Shown: in pieces, positions 28,592 through 38,872 of the stretch | How positions within the stretch are numbered: position 1 is the stretch's first letter | Layout: each line of letters opens with the position of its first letter | DNA from: Candidatus Poribacteria bacterium | GTDB taxonomy: Bacteria > Poribacteria > WGA-4E > WGA-3G | Length of the DNA stretch: 64,000 nucleotides | Direction: 5' to 3' | Assembly (NCBI GenBank): GCA_965215265.1 | Contig: OZ244048.1 | Location: forward strand, 1,120,001-1,184,000 | Notes under the pieces: generated by a model | The model's input: only the letters and a program-made list of their open reading frames with translations | What the model was told of the DNA's origin: nothing | Databases searched by the model: none | Position numbers and translations under genes: made by a program

Positions 28592-31207
28592 ATGCGATTT
28601 CAATCGACTTTTTGCGTTTGTCTCATCTTAATGAGTGTTTACTGCCTCCCGGTATCTTCCCAGGAAGCCGCACAAACCACCACAGCTGAGGTAACACAAA
28701 CGCTCTCAAAAAAGAAAAAAGAATTTGAAGATTTTGACAAGGTTACTGAAGACACTCAAAGTTACCAAGGTTTTTTCAATCTATATAAAAAGAAAGAGAA
28801 TCTGTATTTAGAGATTCAACCGTCGCAATTAGATAAACCTTTTTTATGCATGATGAGCATCGCACGAGGGCTTGGCTCTGGCTACCTGCTCTCAGGCATG
28901 ACGTTGGATGATTGGTTACTTGTGTGGCGGCGTGTTGGCGACCGTGTGCATCTGGTACGAAAGAATGTGCGATTTCGTGCTACGACAGGGACACCGATAG
29001 CGGAAGCGGTTGACTTAGGTCATAATGATTCTGTCCTGTTTTCCGTGAAGATTGAAAGTATCCATCCGCAACGTAAGAGCCTTTTGGTAAATATCTCCGC
29101 AGTCTTTATATCTGACTTACCGCCTTTGGCCGGTAGTATCGGTGGGAATGCGCGATTTGACAAAGCCCGTAGCACCTGGGGAACAATCAAAGCGTTTCCG
29201 AAGAACGTTGAACTTAGGGTTGAAGCTGTGTATGCGGCGAGTGGTTCTCGGACAACAATTCCGGACAGCCGTGGCATCCAGTTGACGATACACTACAGCC
29301 TTGCTAAACTGCCCTCAAACAACTATCGTGCCCGCATCGCTGACGACCGTGTAGGGCATTTTATGACGGTGGTTAAAGACTATTCGGTTCAGACGAGCGA
29401 TGAGCCGTTTGTGCGCTACGTTAACCGTTGGCACTTGGAGAAAGCAGACAAAAAGGCGAAGTTGTCCCCGCCTAAGGATCCGATTATCTTTTATATTGAA
29501 AAAACGGTGCCGCATCGTTTTCGCCCGTATGTCCGGCAGGGCATCTTGGAATGGAATAAGGCATTTGAAAAAATAGGGTTTGTGGATGCGATAGAAGCAC
29601 GGATTCAACAGGATTATGAGGATTGGGATCCGGAAGATGCACGATATAACACGATTCGCTGGGTGGTTGGTGCCGGCTTCGCAATCGGTCCTTCTCGCGT
29701 GAATCCTTTGACTGGACAGATACTCGATGCAGATATACTGATCGGTGAAAGCTGGACGAGATATTGGCAGCGCGAGTATACGACTTTTTTTGATGAGGTG
29801 GAGCATGAACGTGAGCACCCAATCGATTCCTCACATTTCGTTTGTCAGAAGGCAGCAGGGCTCGCACAGCAGATGAATTTCATGGCGACCGTGCTGATGG
29901 TACGCGGATTGACAGGCGAGGATGGCGAAATACCGGAGGAGTACATCGGTCAAGCCCTAAAAGCGTTGACTATGCACGAGGTCGGACATACCTTGGGATT
30001 GCGCCACAATTTTAAAGCGAGCACAATATTTTCGCTGGATGAGCTGCATAAGAGAAAGGGGCAGGCACTCCTGGGTTCGGTCATGGAGTACGATGCAGTG
30101 AATGTCGCGCCTGAGGGCAAAAAACAGGGCGACTACTACACGTCGACGATTGGCCCCTGGGACTATTGGGCGATTGAATACGCCTACAAACCGGTGGATG
30201 CGAGCAGTTCTGAGGGGGAATTAGTAGAATTGGGTAAGATTGCTGCACGCGTTGCCTCACCGGAATTGACGTATGGGACAGATGGAGACGCTTCCTGGTA
30301 CCGGTATAGAGACTTAGATCCGTTAGTGAACCGCTGGGACCTCGGTGCGGATCCGCTAGAATTCGCGAAACAGCGGCGTGAGATAGTCGCCGGACTGTGG
30401 GACGAGATTACGGATAAGGTCACAAAAGAGGGGATGGGCTATCAACGCGTCAGGCGTGCGTTCGGCACACTGCTAGGTCAATATAGTCGTGCGATGTTTC
30501 TCGCGAGCCGCTATGTTGGTGGTCAGTACCACCATCGCGATCATCGCGGCGATGAAAATGGGCGGTTACCGTTCGTGCCGGTTCCAGCCGCGAAACAACG
30601 CGAAGCGCTGCAATTTCTTAAAGAGTACGCGCTATCCGATAAAGCGTTCGATTTCCCGCCTGAACTGCTGAACAGTCTCGCGATTACTCGTTGGAGTGAT
30701 TGGGGCTCGGATAGCCGGAATAGCAGCCGTTTGGATTACCCCGTGCATGACGTTATCCTAAGGAATCAGGCCCAAATCCTGGCCCGGTTACTTTACCCAT
30801 CGGTACTGGCACGCGTTCAGGATACGGAGCTCAAGTTTGCTAAGGACGCATTTACATTGCCAGAACTTTTTGATGGCATTACGGATGCGGTTTGGGTAGA
30901 GCTGGAAGGCGGGATTGGTCTTCAGCAGTGGTCTAATTCGGAGGCGTTTATCTCCAGTTTCCGTCGTGGATTGCAGCGTGAACATTTGAAGCAGCTGATA
31001 AAGTTAGTATTAGATGCCGATAGTGGCACGCCTGAGGATGCCAGATCGCTTGCACGCCAGCATCTGGGTCAGATCAACAGCCGCCTGCAGCGCTTGCTGC
31101 AAAACGCCAATGGAAAACTAGATGATTATAGTTTGGCACACCTCGAAGAATCTCAAGTTCGAGTTGAAAAAGCGTTGGATGCGAGTTTCGAGGTTAAAAG
31201 ACGGTAA
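28592..31207 (+). CDS. Secreted zinc-dependent metalloprotease (DUF5117/DUF4953, EcxA-like)
   Basis: Signal peptide; RIADDRVGHF; HEVGHTLGLRHNFKAS; SVMEY Met-turn. Confidence 0.9.
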   Translation: MRFQSTFCVCLILMSVYCLPVSSQEAAQTTTAEVTQTLSKKKKEFEDFDKVTEDTQSYQGFFNLYKKKENLYLEIQPSQLDKPFLCMMSIARGLGSGYLLSGMTLDDWLLVWRRVGDRVHLVRKNVRFRATTGTPIAEAVDLGHNDSVLFSVKIESIHPQRKSLLVNISAVFISDLPPLAGSIGGNARFDKARSTWGTIKAFPKNVELRVEAVYAASGSRTTIPDSRGIQLTIHYSLAKLPSNNYRARIADDRVGHFMTVVKDYSVQTSDEPFVRYVNRWHLEKADKKAKLSPPKDPIIFYIEKTVPHRFRPYVRQGILEWNKAFEKIGFVDAIEARIQQDYEDWDPEDARYNTIRWVVGAGFAIGPSRVNPLTGQILDADILIGESWTRYWQREYTTFFDEVEHEREHPIDSSHFVCQKAAGLAQQMNFMATVLMVRGLTGEDGEIPEEYIGQALKALTMHEVGHTLGLRHNFKASTIFSLDELHKRKGQALLGSVMEYDAVNVAPEGKKQGDYYTSTIGPWDYWAIEYAYKPVDASSSEGELVELGKIAARVASPELTYGTDGDASWYRYRDLDPLVNRWDLGADPLEFAKQRREIVAGLWDEITDKVTKEGMGYQRVRRAFGTLLGQYSRAMFLASRYVGGQYHHRDHRGDENGRLPFVPVPAAKQREALQFLKEYALSDKAFDFPPELLNSLAITRWSDWGSDSRNSSRLDYPVHDVILRNQAQILARLLYPSVLARVQDTELKFAKDAFTLPELFDGITDAVWVELEGGIGLQQWSNSEAFISSFRRGLQREHLKQLIKLVLDADSGTPEDARSLARQHLGQINSRLQRLLQNANGKLDDYSLAHLEESQVRVEKALDASFEVKRR

Positions 31208-31331
31208 TGCCTCGGGACAAGTGCCAGTTCCTTGGAAGCGTGGTCACTCTTGCTCTGATTCGGAGCGGTTTTGCGGCGGATACACCACTTGTGCCTGCAT
31301 TTCCGGGCGCACAAGGTTATAGGGCGATGGT

Positions 31332-31754
31332 TTGAACTCAATAAAAGCTCTCCGCCCTCATTCTGTGCTCGTCACATGTATCGCAAGCATTGGAAAAAAT
31401 GCAATTCTTAGGACGACAGATGGCTGTAATCAACAAATCAACGCCGTGACTCCAAACACTTCTCACAATGCCGAATTTCTGTATTACCTTTTTGAATTCA
31501 ATTCGAACCTTTTACTAGCTAGCGCAGGAAAGACAACAACCAGTATTGTTTCAAAGTCCACCTTCAGTAGTTTGGTTTTCGAGGTGCCCCCACTTGCAGA
31601 ACAACGTGCCATCGCGGAGGTGTTATCGGATATGGATGGGGAGATTATGGCACTGGAGAAACAGGTTGAGAAGACGCGCGACATCAAAAAGGCGATGATG
31701 CAGGAGCTCCTGACGGGGCGGACGCGGTTCGTGATTCCTGAAGAGAGCAGTTAG
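31332..31754 (+). pseudogene. hsdS: Truncated type I R-M specificity subunit (C-terminal part only)
   Basis: SVLVTCIASIGKNAIL...NQQINAV TRD segment plus conserved PPLAEQRAIAEVLSDMD...KKAMMQELLTG; only 140 aa, no hsdM or hsdR neighbours. Confidence 0.82.
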
Positions 31755-31950
31755 TTAACCCGATTTTAGGCATCCATTTTGCGGGTGCCTGACAGGTTTT
31801 CTCACACTTAATCTGCCGGGTGGATTATGATTCTTATTCTTCAGTTATCTTTCCACGAGGAGATTTTTTCTTGTAGCGAGTCAGGTACATCAGGAATAGC
31901 AGAAGACTCCTCTGAAAAATTCTAGCAACCTTGATTCTTGTGAGAAACCT

Positions 31951-32254
31951 ATGAAAGAAGTAAAGACTGTAGAAATTCATGACAAGGTCTTTGAGGAGAA
32001 CTACACCGCTTACATCCAAAAAAAACGGTACGAGTTGGCTTGGGTGGATTGTAGATGTTCCAGAAGTCAAGTGCGAGGAACCGACGGAAAAAACATTGCT
32101 GGAAACCCTTGAAAAGAGGCTTCAGGACACCTTAGTCGCCGAAGAAGAAGCCTGGGAGAAGCAGTTTGAGGGAGACGTGAAAGCGGGGAAACTTGATCGT
32201 CTGCGCGAGGAGGCACTTGAGGATGTTCGAGCGGGGAGATTCAAGTATCTATAA
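31951..32254 (+). pseudogene. HicB-like antitoxin gene split by a frameshift in an A8 tract
   Basis: ATG 31951 reads MKEVKTVEIHDKVFEENYTAYIQK; after A8 (32018-32025) another frame reads NGTSWLGWIVDVPEVKCEEPT...; joined, they give a HicB-like YTAxI..WLGWI.DVP motif. Confidence 0.7.
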
Positions 32255-32702
32255 ATCAAGTGCTGAGTTTCCAAGACACGCCCACATAAGCAATCGCTTG
32301 TTGTTTGAGCTCTACGTTTTTCATAATGCCTCCGAGTTCGTCAAAATTGTGTCTGAAAAAGATGGCTCCGTCTCGCCTGCTAGCAATTCCTAATCTTCGA
32401 CAGGGTTAACTTTTACGTGAAGCCGAGCTGTCGGTGATATAGACACATCATCACAGATTTTACGTCTGTGTCAAGTCTGCCTGTTTCCATGATTCACAGA
32501 GGGCAACAAACACACAGGAACGTTATCAGAAATGCGTTCTGTAGGCATTCATGGGCGTTTTTGCACTTCTGCGCAGTTGTGATGGCATTTCGTTTATTGA
32601 TTCCACATGTCTTGAAAAAAAATAGATTCTACTGTATAGTATAACACATCTTTCACAGTTAGTACAACTCTTTAGGCTACTCTTACGGAGAGGAGGGAAC
32701 AC

Positions 32703-33794
32703 ATGCCACATCCAATCAAAGTTGGAATTGTCGGTGCACACAGAGGGAGTTCTTACGTGCAGCCCTTTACCGCCATTGCGGAAACTGAAGTCACAGCGGT
32801 GTGCGACATTAACGAATCGACACTTAAAAACGTCGCAGAACGGTTTAATGTTCCCCGGCAGTTTACCGATTACGCAAAAATGCTTGACGCGGTCGATCTG
32901 GTTGTCCTCGCGACACCTGAGAACCTACACGTGCCACAAGCCGTTGAAGCGTTGGAAGCAGGCAAACACGTCATCAGTGAGGTAACCGCCGCGGTCAAAA
33001 TTGATGAATGCTATGAACTCGTGCGAGCAGTCAAAAACGCATCTGCCAAGTATACGATGGCTGAAAATACCTGCTATTCGCGTTCCAATGTGCTCATCCG
33101 AAACATGGTAGCCGAAGGCATGTTTGGTGATGTCTATTTTGGAGAAGGAGAATATGTTCATAATGTCAAAACCCTCCATCACGATACTGTAGGCAATCCG
33201 ACATGGCGTTACTATTGGCAGGTCGGTATCAACCGCTGCAACTATGCAACGCACAGTCTTGGTCCAGTGCTGCAGTGGTTTAATGAGTACGTTGTCAGCG
33301 TCTGTTGCCTTGGCACTGGAGTGCACACCGATCCGGAGCATGCCATGGAGGATACTGTGATGATGCTTTGCAAAACAGAAAGTGGTGGGTTAATTAAAAT
33401 TCGGATTGACATGCTCTCTAACCGCCCTGCGAATTCCTATTTTAGTCTGCAAGGCACAAGGGGATGTTATGAGAGCTCCCGCGGATTTGGTGCGACAGAG
33501 AAAATCTGGCTTGCTAACGGTGATAGGTCTGAAACGTGGTCTCCGCTATCTGAATTTGAGTCAGATTTCCTGCCGGACCGTTGGAAAAACCCTCCTGCTG
33601 AGGCAGAAACTGCAGGCGACCTCGGTGAATATTTTAAAGTCCGAGATTTTGTCGATAGCATCATCAACGACACAACGCCCCCACTTGATGTCTATACAGC
33701 GATGGATTTCACCGTGCCAGGGTTAGTATCAGAACGGTCGATCGCAAACGGTGGAGCTCCGGTTGAAGTTCCGAACTTCAGAGATGTAGTGTAA
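32703..33794 (+). CDS. Gfo/Idh/MocA oxidoreductase
   Basis: KVGIVG, AVCD, ATPENLH, GKHVISEV, EGEYVH, YATHSLGP. Confidence 0.9.
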   Translation: MPHPIKVGIVGAHRGSSYVQPFTAIAETEVTAVCDINESTLKNVAERFNVPRQFTDYAKMLDAVDLVVLATPENLHVPQAVEALEAGKHVISEVTAAVKIDECYELVRAVKNASAKYTMAENTCYSRSNVLIRNMVAEGMFGDVYFGEGEYVHNVKTLHHDTVGNPTWRYYWQVGINRCNYATHSLGPVLQWFNEYVVSVCCLGTGVHTDPEHAMEDTVMMLCKTESGGLIKIRIDMLSNRPANSYFSLQGTRGCYESSRGFGATEKIWLANGDRSETWSPLSEFESDFLPDRWKNPPAEAETAGDLGEYFKVRDFVDSIINDTTPPLDVYTAMDFTVPGLVSERSIANGGAPVEVPNFRDVV

Positions 33795-33850
33795 CAGGCT
33801 TGTTTTAGTAACTGATGGAATCTATATAAACCCTGCGCAACGGAGAAGAG

Positions 33851-34939
33851 ATGGAAACACCGAGTGTTGTTCAAACCGGCGTATCTGTTATTGACTGTGA
33901 TCTGCACAACCGATTGCCGTCCCTTGAAATGCTTTATCCTTACTTACCGGATTATTGGTGCGACTATTGCGAAACGTCCGGATTTCCTGGTCCCGATGCG
34001 AATGACTATCCTGATGGGGTGCCGATTTCAACACGCCCGGGAATTATGCAGCCTGCAGAGGGAGACTCTGCGTCGGACTTAGAGCTGCTACGGCAGCATG
34101 CGCTTGATGTCTGGGGCACCGAATACGGTATCCTTACTTGCGGGTATCGTGTGCAGAGTGTGCATAATGAAGACCTCGCGGCGGCACTCGCCTCTGCAGT
34201 CAATGAATGGCAGATTGAGCATTGGCTTGACTGTGAACCGCGCCTCCTCGGCTCATTGGTTGTTCCAAGTCAAAATCCGGAACTTGCGGCACGAGAGATT
34301 GAGCGTTTAGGAAGCCATCCACGTTTTGTCCAAGTAATGCTGCCGGCCCGTTCACAAGCCCCCTACGGCAATCGGCGGTATCATCCCATCTACGCCGCAG
34401 CGGTACGCCATAAACTCGTCATCGGCATCCATTACGGCGGCGCACCCGGCTTACCACCAACATCGGTCGGATGGCCCTCAACGTATATAGAAGAATATGT
34501 GGGTATGTCGCAAGTCTTTCAGGCACAGGTACTTAGTCTTGTGTCAGAAGGCGTTTTTGACCTGTTTCCTGATTTACGCGTTGCGCTCATTGAAACGGGG
34601 GTTACGTGGATGCCGTCGCTCATGTGGCGGTTTGATAAAGAGTGGCGTGGCTTGCGTTCGCTCACACCGTGGGTTAAACGGCCACCTTCGGACTACATCC
34701 GTGAACACATGCGTCTGACGTTACAACCTATTGACGCACCGCCAACCACAGAGGAACTGCTCCAAATCATCGGACAATTAGATTCAGAAGAGCTTTTGAT
34801 GTTTTCAACCGACTATCCGCATTGGCACTTTGACTCCCTCGATGAGGCTTTCCCAGCAAAGTTACCCCCATCCGTCGCGCGCAAACTTTTATATCAAAAT
34901 GCGAGGGAATTTTACGGAATCTCAACGGATGACTATTAG
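33851..34939 (+). CDS. Amidohydrolase_2 family protein
   Basis: IDCDLH, IGIH, VALIETG, MFSTDYPHW. Confidence 0.9.
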   Translation: METPSVVQTGVSVIDCDLHNRLPSLEMLYPYLPDYWCDYCETSGFPGPDANDYPDGVPISTRPGIMQPAEGDSASDLELLRQHALDVWGTEYGILTCGYRVQSVHNEDLAAALASAVNEWQIEHWLDCEPRLLGSLVVPSQNPELAAREIERLGSHPRFVQVMLPARSQAPYGNRRYHPIYAAAVRHKLVIGIHYGGAPGLPPTSVGWPSTYIEEYVGMSQVFQAQVLSLVSEGVFDLFPDLRVALIETGVTWMPSLMWRFDKEWRGLRSLTPWVKRPPSDYIREHMRLTLQPIDAPPTTEELLQIIGQLDSEELLMFSTDYPHWHFDSLDEAFPAKLPPSVARKLLYQNAREFYGISTDDY

Positions 34940-34976
34940 GCAAAACGATCTAACAACGTTGTATTAACATTTTGTC

Positions 34977-35005
34977 TTGACATTTTCAATAACCTATCAT
35001 ATAAT
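34977..35005 (+). promoter_or_regulatory. Perfect consensus sigma70 promoter
   Basis: TTGACA (34977-34982), 17 nt, TATAAT (35000-35005), ~50 nt upstream of the ORF at 35056. Confidence 0.85.
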
Positions 35006-35055
35006 CTGTAAAAAGCATTTTTGGGATGTATAACGGTTAATGGTTATGCTACGCC

Positions 35056-36123
35056 ATGGTGGAAAGGACTAATTATTACGCAATGACACTTCAAGAGCGC
35101 ATTGAAGATATACGCAACGGTTTAGAAACAAATCGCTTTCCAAATGAGGCAGCGGTTTCTCAAGGTATTGTTCTCCCTATGCTCAGAACCATTGGTTGGC
35201 CAACCGACGATACGACAATTGTTTATCCTGAATACCCGGTCAGGAAAGCGAAAGCTAGAGTGGATTTTGCTCTTTGCCCGCCACCATCAGAACCCCGTGT
35301 CTTCATTGAGGTTAAACAAGTTGGCAATATTGAAGGAGGGGAAGAGCAATTGTTTAGGTATGCTCTTCGGAAAGGTGTGCCAATCGCTATTTTAACCGAC
35401 GGACGGAGATGGCAATTTTTTTATATCAATGGACAAGGGAATTATGAAGAACGTAAGGTACACGAGTTGGATCTGCTTAAAGCAGATGTTGAAGAAAGTG
35501 CTAGATGTCTGAACGGATACCTAAATTACAAGTCGATACAGACCGGTGAAGCTATTAAGGCAATTGAGGCAGATTATCACGACATCGTTAAACAGAGAGA
35601 GATTAAGACACGTTTACCAGAGGCATGGGAGCAATTGGTGAAGGAAGGCGATGAGTTTCTGCTACATGTTGTGTCAGAAAAAGTGGAAATCCTGTGTAGG
35701 TATAAACCGACAAAGCTGCAAGTATTAGGTTTCTTGAAGAGCCTAAAAGTGGATGAGGCACCCGCGGTTATCATGAAAGAAAACGAAGACGAAGACCTCA
35801 CCGAGTCCACCATACGTACGCGTGCACATCCTACACGGCTTATAGTTACGATGGACAATGGGGAAACAATTAACCATCGTAATGCCTCACGTACTTTCGC
35901 AGAAGTAATTGAAAGATTAGGAATAGAGCGAGTTCGCGAGCTTGGACATATTGTAAATGGAATTCCTCTCATATCACCTACTAAGCATGAGAAATACACC
36001 CCGCATAAGTATGGTCGGTATTACATAGTGACTGCTACCCACACTGCGGATAAAAAAAATCTTCTTGAGAAAATTGCTGATCAGCTTGGTGTCTCACTGA
36101 CAGTAAAAATGGTTAAAAAATAG
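35056..36123 (+). CDS. Stand-alone HsdR_N-type PD-(D/E)xK nuclease with uncharacterised C-terminal domain
   Basis: NEAAV..IVLPML..GW, PEY, RVDFAL, FIEVK, EQLFRYA, AILTDGRRWQF; no helicase domain. Confidence 0.8.
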   Translation: MVERTNYYAMTLQERIEDIRNGLETNRFPNEAAVSQGIVLPMLRTIGWPTDDTTIVYPEYPVRKAKARVDFALCPPPSEPRVFIEVKQVGNIEGGEEQLFRYALRKGVPIAILTDGRRWQFFYINGQGNYEERKVHELDLLKADVEESARCLNGYLNYKSIQTGEAIKAIEADYHDIVKQREIKTRLPEAWEQLVKEGDEFLLHVVSEKVEILCRYKPTKLQVLGFLKSLKVDEAPAVIMKENEDEDLTESTIRTRAHPTRLIVTMDNGETINHRNASRTFAEVIERLGIERVRELGHIVNGIPLISPTKHEKYTPHKYGRYYIVTATHTADKKNLLEKIADQLGVSLTVKMVKK

Positions 36124-36413
36124 TGAGCGGCAGTAAGGACTTATTCACATCGGGGAAGATTTTGGCGATGAACTCCCGAAGTTTAAAGAGTACATGTAAT
36201 CGTTTGATATCTCTTATAGACACGGCCTTTGATGCTTTAGATAGATATTAGTTAGAGAGGTGTTAGCATGTTACATTTATTGAACGCGTCCGGGTACCTA
36301 TCATTTAGAATCGATAACAACTGAAAAAGAGTTTAACGCGGTACTAAAAACTGCCCAGGAGACGGATAGTTTGAAATCGTATATCGGATACCCGTAGAGG
36401 AAATGGTGACAAT

Positions 36414-37517
36414 ATGAAGGAGAACTTAAAGATGGCAGAAATACACATGCAGAAAGCACCCAAACGGCAAAAACCACCCATTATTGACTGTGATGTACAT
36501 AACACCCTCTCTTCTGAGACGGTCTTGTATCCGTATCTTTCGCAGCGTTGGCGCAGGCATCACCAGATGGTCGGCACCCCGGACCGCGTCGGGGCCTATA
36601 TTCCGCGTGCTACGCCTTATGGAGCCCGCCACGACGCGTGGACACCGTCAGGCAATCGCCCTGGCTCAGACCTTGGCTTTCTCCGCAACCAACTCTTGGA
36701 TTTGTGGAATGTTGAATACGGGATCCTCAACTGCTTGACACCTGTCTGCGAGATGCCGAACCTTGAATATGCTGCGGCATTCGCGCGGGCTGTAAATGAT
36801 TGGCAGATCGAAAATTGGCTTGAGAAGGAACCGAGATTGCGGGCATCAATTATCGTTGCTTGCGATGACGCGGAATTTACGACTGACGAAATTGAGCGGC
36901 TTGGAGAACACCCAGGGTTCGTCCAAATTCTGTTACTCGCACGAACGATGGAACCTTTGGGACGGCGTAAGTACTGGAAGATGTATGAAGCAGCTGTGCA
37001 ACATGATTTGCCGATTGGAATCCATTTCACGGGTGTCGGCGCGGGCCCCATTACTGCAGTCGGAAGACCCTCGCACTATATTGAAGATCACGCCGGGATG
37101 ACGCAGGCATTTCAGACACAAGTTACCAGCCTTGTTTGCGAAGGAGTGTTTGAACGTTTCCCAACGCTCAGGGTAGTTTTAATTGAGGGCGGCTTTGCGT
37201 GGATACCGCCTCTCATGTGGCGACTTGACCGCACGTGGAAAAAACTACGCACGGAAGTGCCTCACCTAAAACGGCTGCCCTCGGATTATATCCGGGAGCA
37301 TTTCTGGATTACCACACAACCGATTGAGGAACCGCCGAAACAAGAATACTTCCACCAACTCCTCGCGCAACTCGATTTGAATGAAAAACTGATGTTCGCA
37401 ACGGACTATCCGCACTGGGATTTTGATTCGCCAGAGCAGACACTCCCCAAAAATCTCGCTCCTGAATTGAAGCGAAAGATCATGGCAGAAAACGCACGCA
37501 GCTTTTATCGGTTTTAA
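36414..37517 (+). CDS. Amidohydrolase_2 family protein (paralog of 33851)
   Basis: IDCDVH, IGIH, VVLIEGG, MFATDYPHWDFD. Confidence 0.9.
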   Translation: MKENLKMAEIHMQKAPKRQKPPIIDCDVHNTLSSETVLYPYLSQRWRRHHQMVGTPDRVGAYIPRATPYGARHDAWTPSGNRPGSDLGFLRNQLLDLWNVEYGILNCLTPVCEMPNLEYAAAFARAVNDWQIENWLEKEPRLRASIIVACDDAEFTTDEIERLGEHPGFVQILLLARTMEPLGRRKYWKMYEAAVQHDLPIGIHFTGVGAGPITAVGRPSHYIEDHAGMTQAFQTQVTSLVCEGVFERFPTLRVVLIEGGFAWIPPLMWRLDRTWKKLRTEVPHLKRLPSDYIREHFWITTQPIEEPPKQEYFHQLLAQLDLNEKLMFATDYPHWDFDSPEQTLPKNLAPELKRKIMAENARSFYRF

Positions 37518-37527
37518 GTACCGGTAA

Positions 37528-38733
37528 TCACTCAAATTGATGCCGACTCTGATAGCATGCTTTGCCCTTCCCGCGAATAATATGACGCGCTTGCCATCCA
37601 TCAACCGTGCGACAGATTTCGTTACTTTCACCGAGGAGCCGTTGCAGATTAGTTTTTGTAAACCAGTCAACATTGGCAGGTATCCTGCCAACGTTCAGAT
37701 TTTCATCGGAGAAGCCGTACACACGGCAGAGGCCGTCTTCTTGTTCAACATCTTCAATGTAAGACATCCACGGCACTTCTAATTCCAGCTGCTTGTCCAT
37801 CAGTACTTGCAAAGAACCGATTCGTGAGCCAACATCCCAGCCGACTCCTTTGGTCTCTTCCCAGCCTTCACCCCCCGGTAATTCCCAACGATTCGTCTCC
37901 GCGTCGCGGCATAGCAAAAACCTGGATTCGGCATCGGAGGTATCCTCGATGAGCAGGCGCGTTATTGTAATAGGTTTGTCAAAACAGACAGGGATGAGCC
38001 GTTTTCCAGCGTCGCTCAATGCATCAAGTGCTTCAGGCGTGTATGGATAATATCCGGCTGCGGGTGGTGCGTCTACCGCACAATATTTATTGAAAATACC
38101 GCACCGATCTTCTGAGGTATTCCCAGCCGGGGCTTTATGCCACACATGCTCGTTGACAATTAGCAAGTCCCCTGCTTTCAACTCTGGATCTATGAATGGA
38201 GGCAATTGAGCTGCATCTGGTTTCGTGAGGTCCAAGATATGTGCCCCCGGGTCAACTAGCTGAGTGAGTTTATGCGATTTCGGCGACACGAGAAAGGGGC
38301 CGTAAGACGTATTAAAATCTGTTAGCGGAATGATGGCGAATATCCAATTCATGGAGGAACCGACGGGCCGCCACCGTTTGTAGTCACAGTGAGCACCTGA
38401 GCCCTTATCGCCCGGAGTGCGCAGATACGCGACATAGGCGGTCAGATGCGCCTGTTGCCCGAGCACCGACTCTACAGCCCCAATCACTGTCGGATGTTCA
38501 GCAATCGAACTGAGACCCGGATCAGCGAGTCTGTTGCCGCTGACTGTATATTTCGCCGGCTCAGGATACCTCAACGTGGACGGATATGCACTGCGCCGCA
38601 CCTCTTGTTGGACAATACGACGGAGTTCTTCCGCTTCACTAGGTGATAAGACGTTGCGAACGATTAGATAGCCGTCCTCATGGTAGTCGGCAATCTGTTG
38701 CTTGCTGAGGGTTGTGGTTATAGTCATCATCAA
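37528..38733 (-). CDS. PhyH-family dioxygenase with C-terminal Nudix-like domain
   Basis: YHEDGYLIV, AHCD, IPLTDF, PKSH, GDLL..WHKA; then RFLL...RWELPGG. Confidence 0.75.
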   Translation of the reverse strand: MMMTITTTLSKQQIADYHEDGYLIVRNVLSPSEAEELRRIVQQEVRRSAYPSTLRYPEPAKYTVSGNRLADPGLSSIAEHPTVIGAVESVLGQQAHLTAYVAYLRTPGDKGSGAHCDYKRWRPVGSSMNWIFAIIPLTDFNTSYGPFLVSPKSHKLTQLVDPGAHILDLTKPDAAQLPPFIDPELKAGDLLIVNEHVWHKAPAGNTSEDRCGIFNKYCAVDAPPAAGYYPYTPEALDALSDAGKRLIPVCFDKPITITRLLIEDTSDAESRFLLCRDAETNRWELPGGEGWEETKGVGWDVGSRIGSLQVLMDKQLELEVPWMSYIEDVEQEDGLCRVYGFSDENLNVGRIPANVDWFTKTNLQRLLGESNEICRTVDGWQARHIIRGKGKACYQSRHQFE

Positions 38734-38821
38734 AGTTCCTTTCTTCTGGGTATCATCATGAATAGGAGGATTCCGTCAGCGTGTTGCTTGGAGAATGCTT
38801 CCGTATGGCAGGAAGTAATCA

Positions 38822-38845
38822 GGGCAGGTTTGGAACCTGCCCCTA
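38822..38845. repeat. REP-like short hairpin
   Basis: gggcaggtt-tgg-aacctgccc followed by cta; single copy in the window. Confidence 0.45.
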
Positions 38846-38872
38846 TAAACATAGTGCACGTTGTGGGGAAGA

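Noticed and set aside
31979-32254. 91-aa ORF as given in the track
   Set aside because: Its N-terminus MTRSLRRTTPLTS appears to be the wrong frame; the better start is 31951 with a frameshift at the A8 tract.
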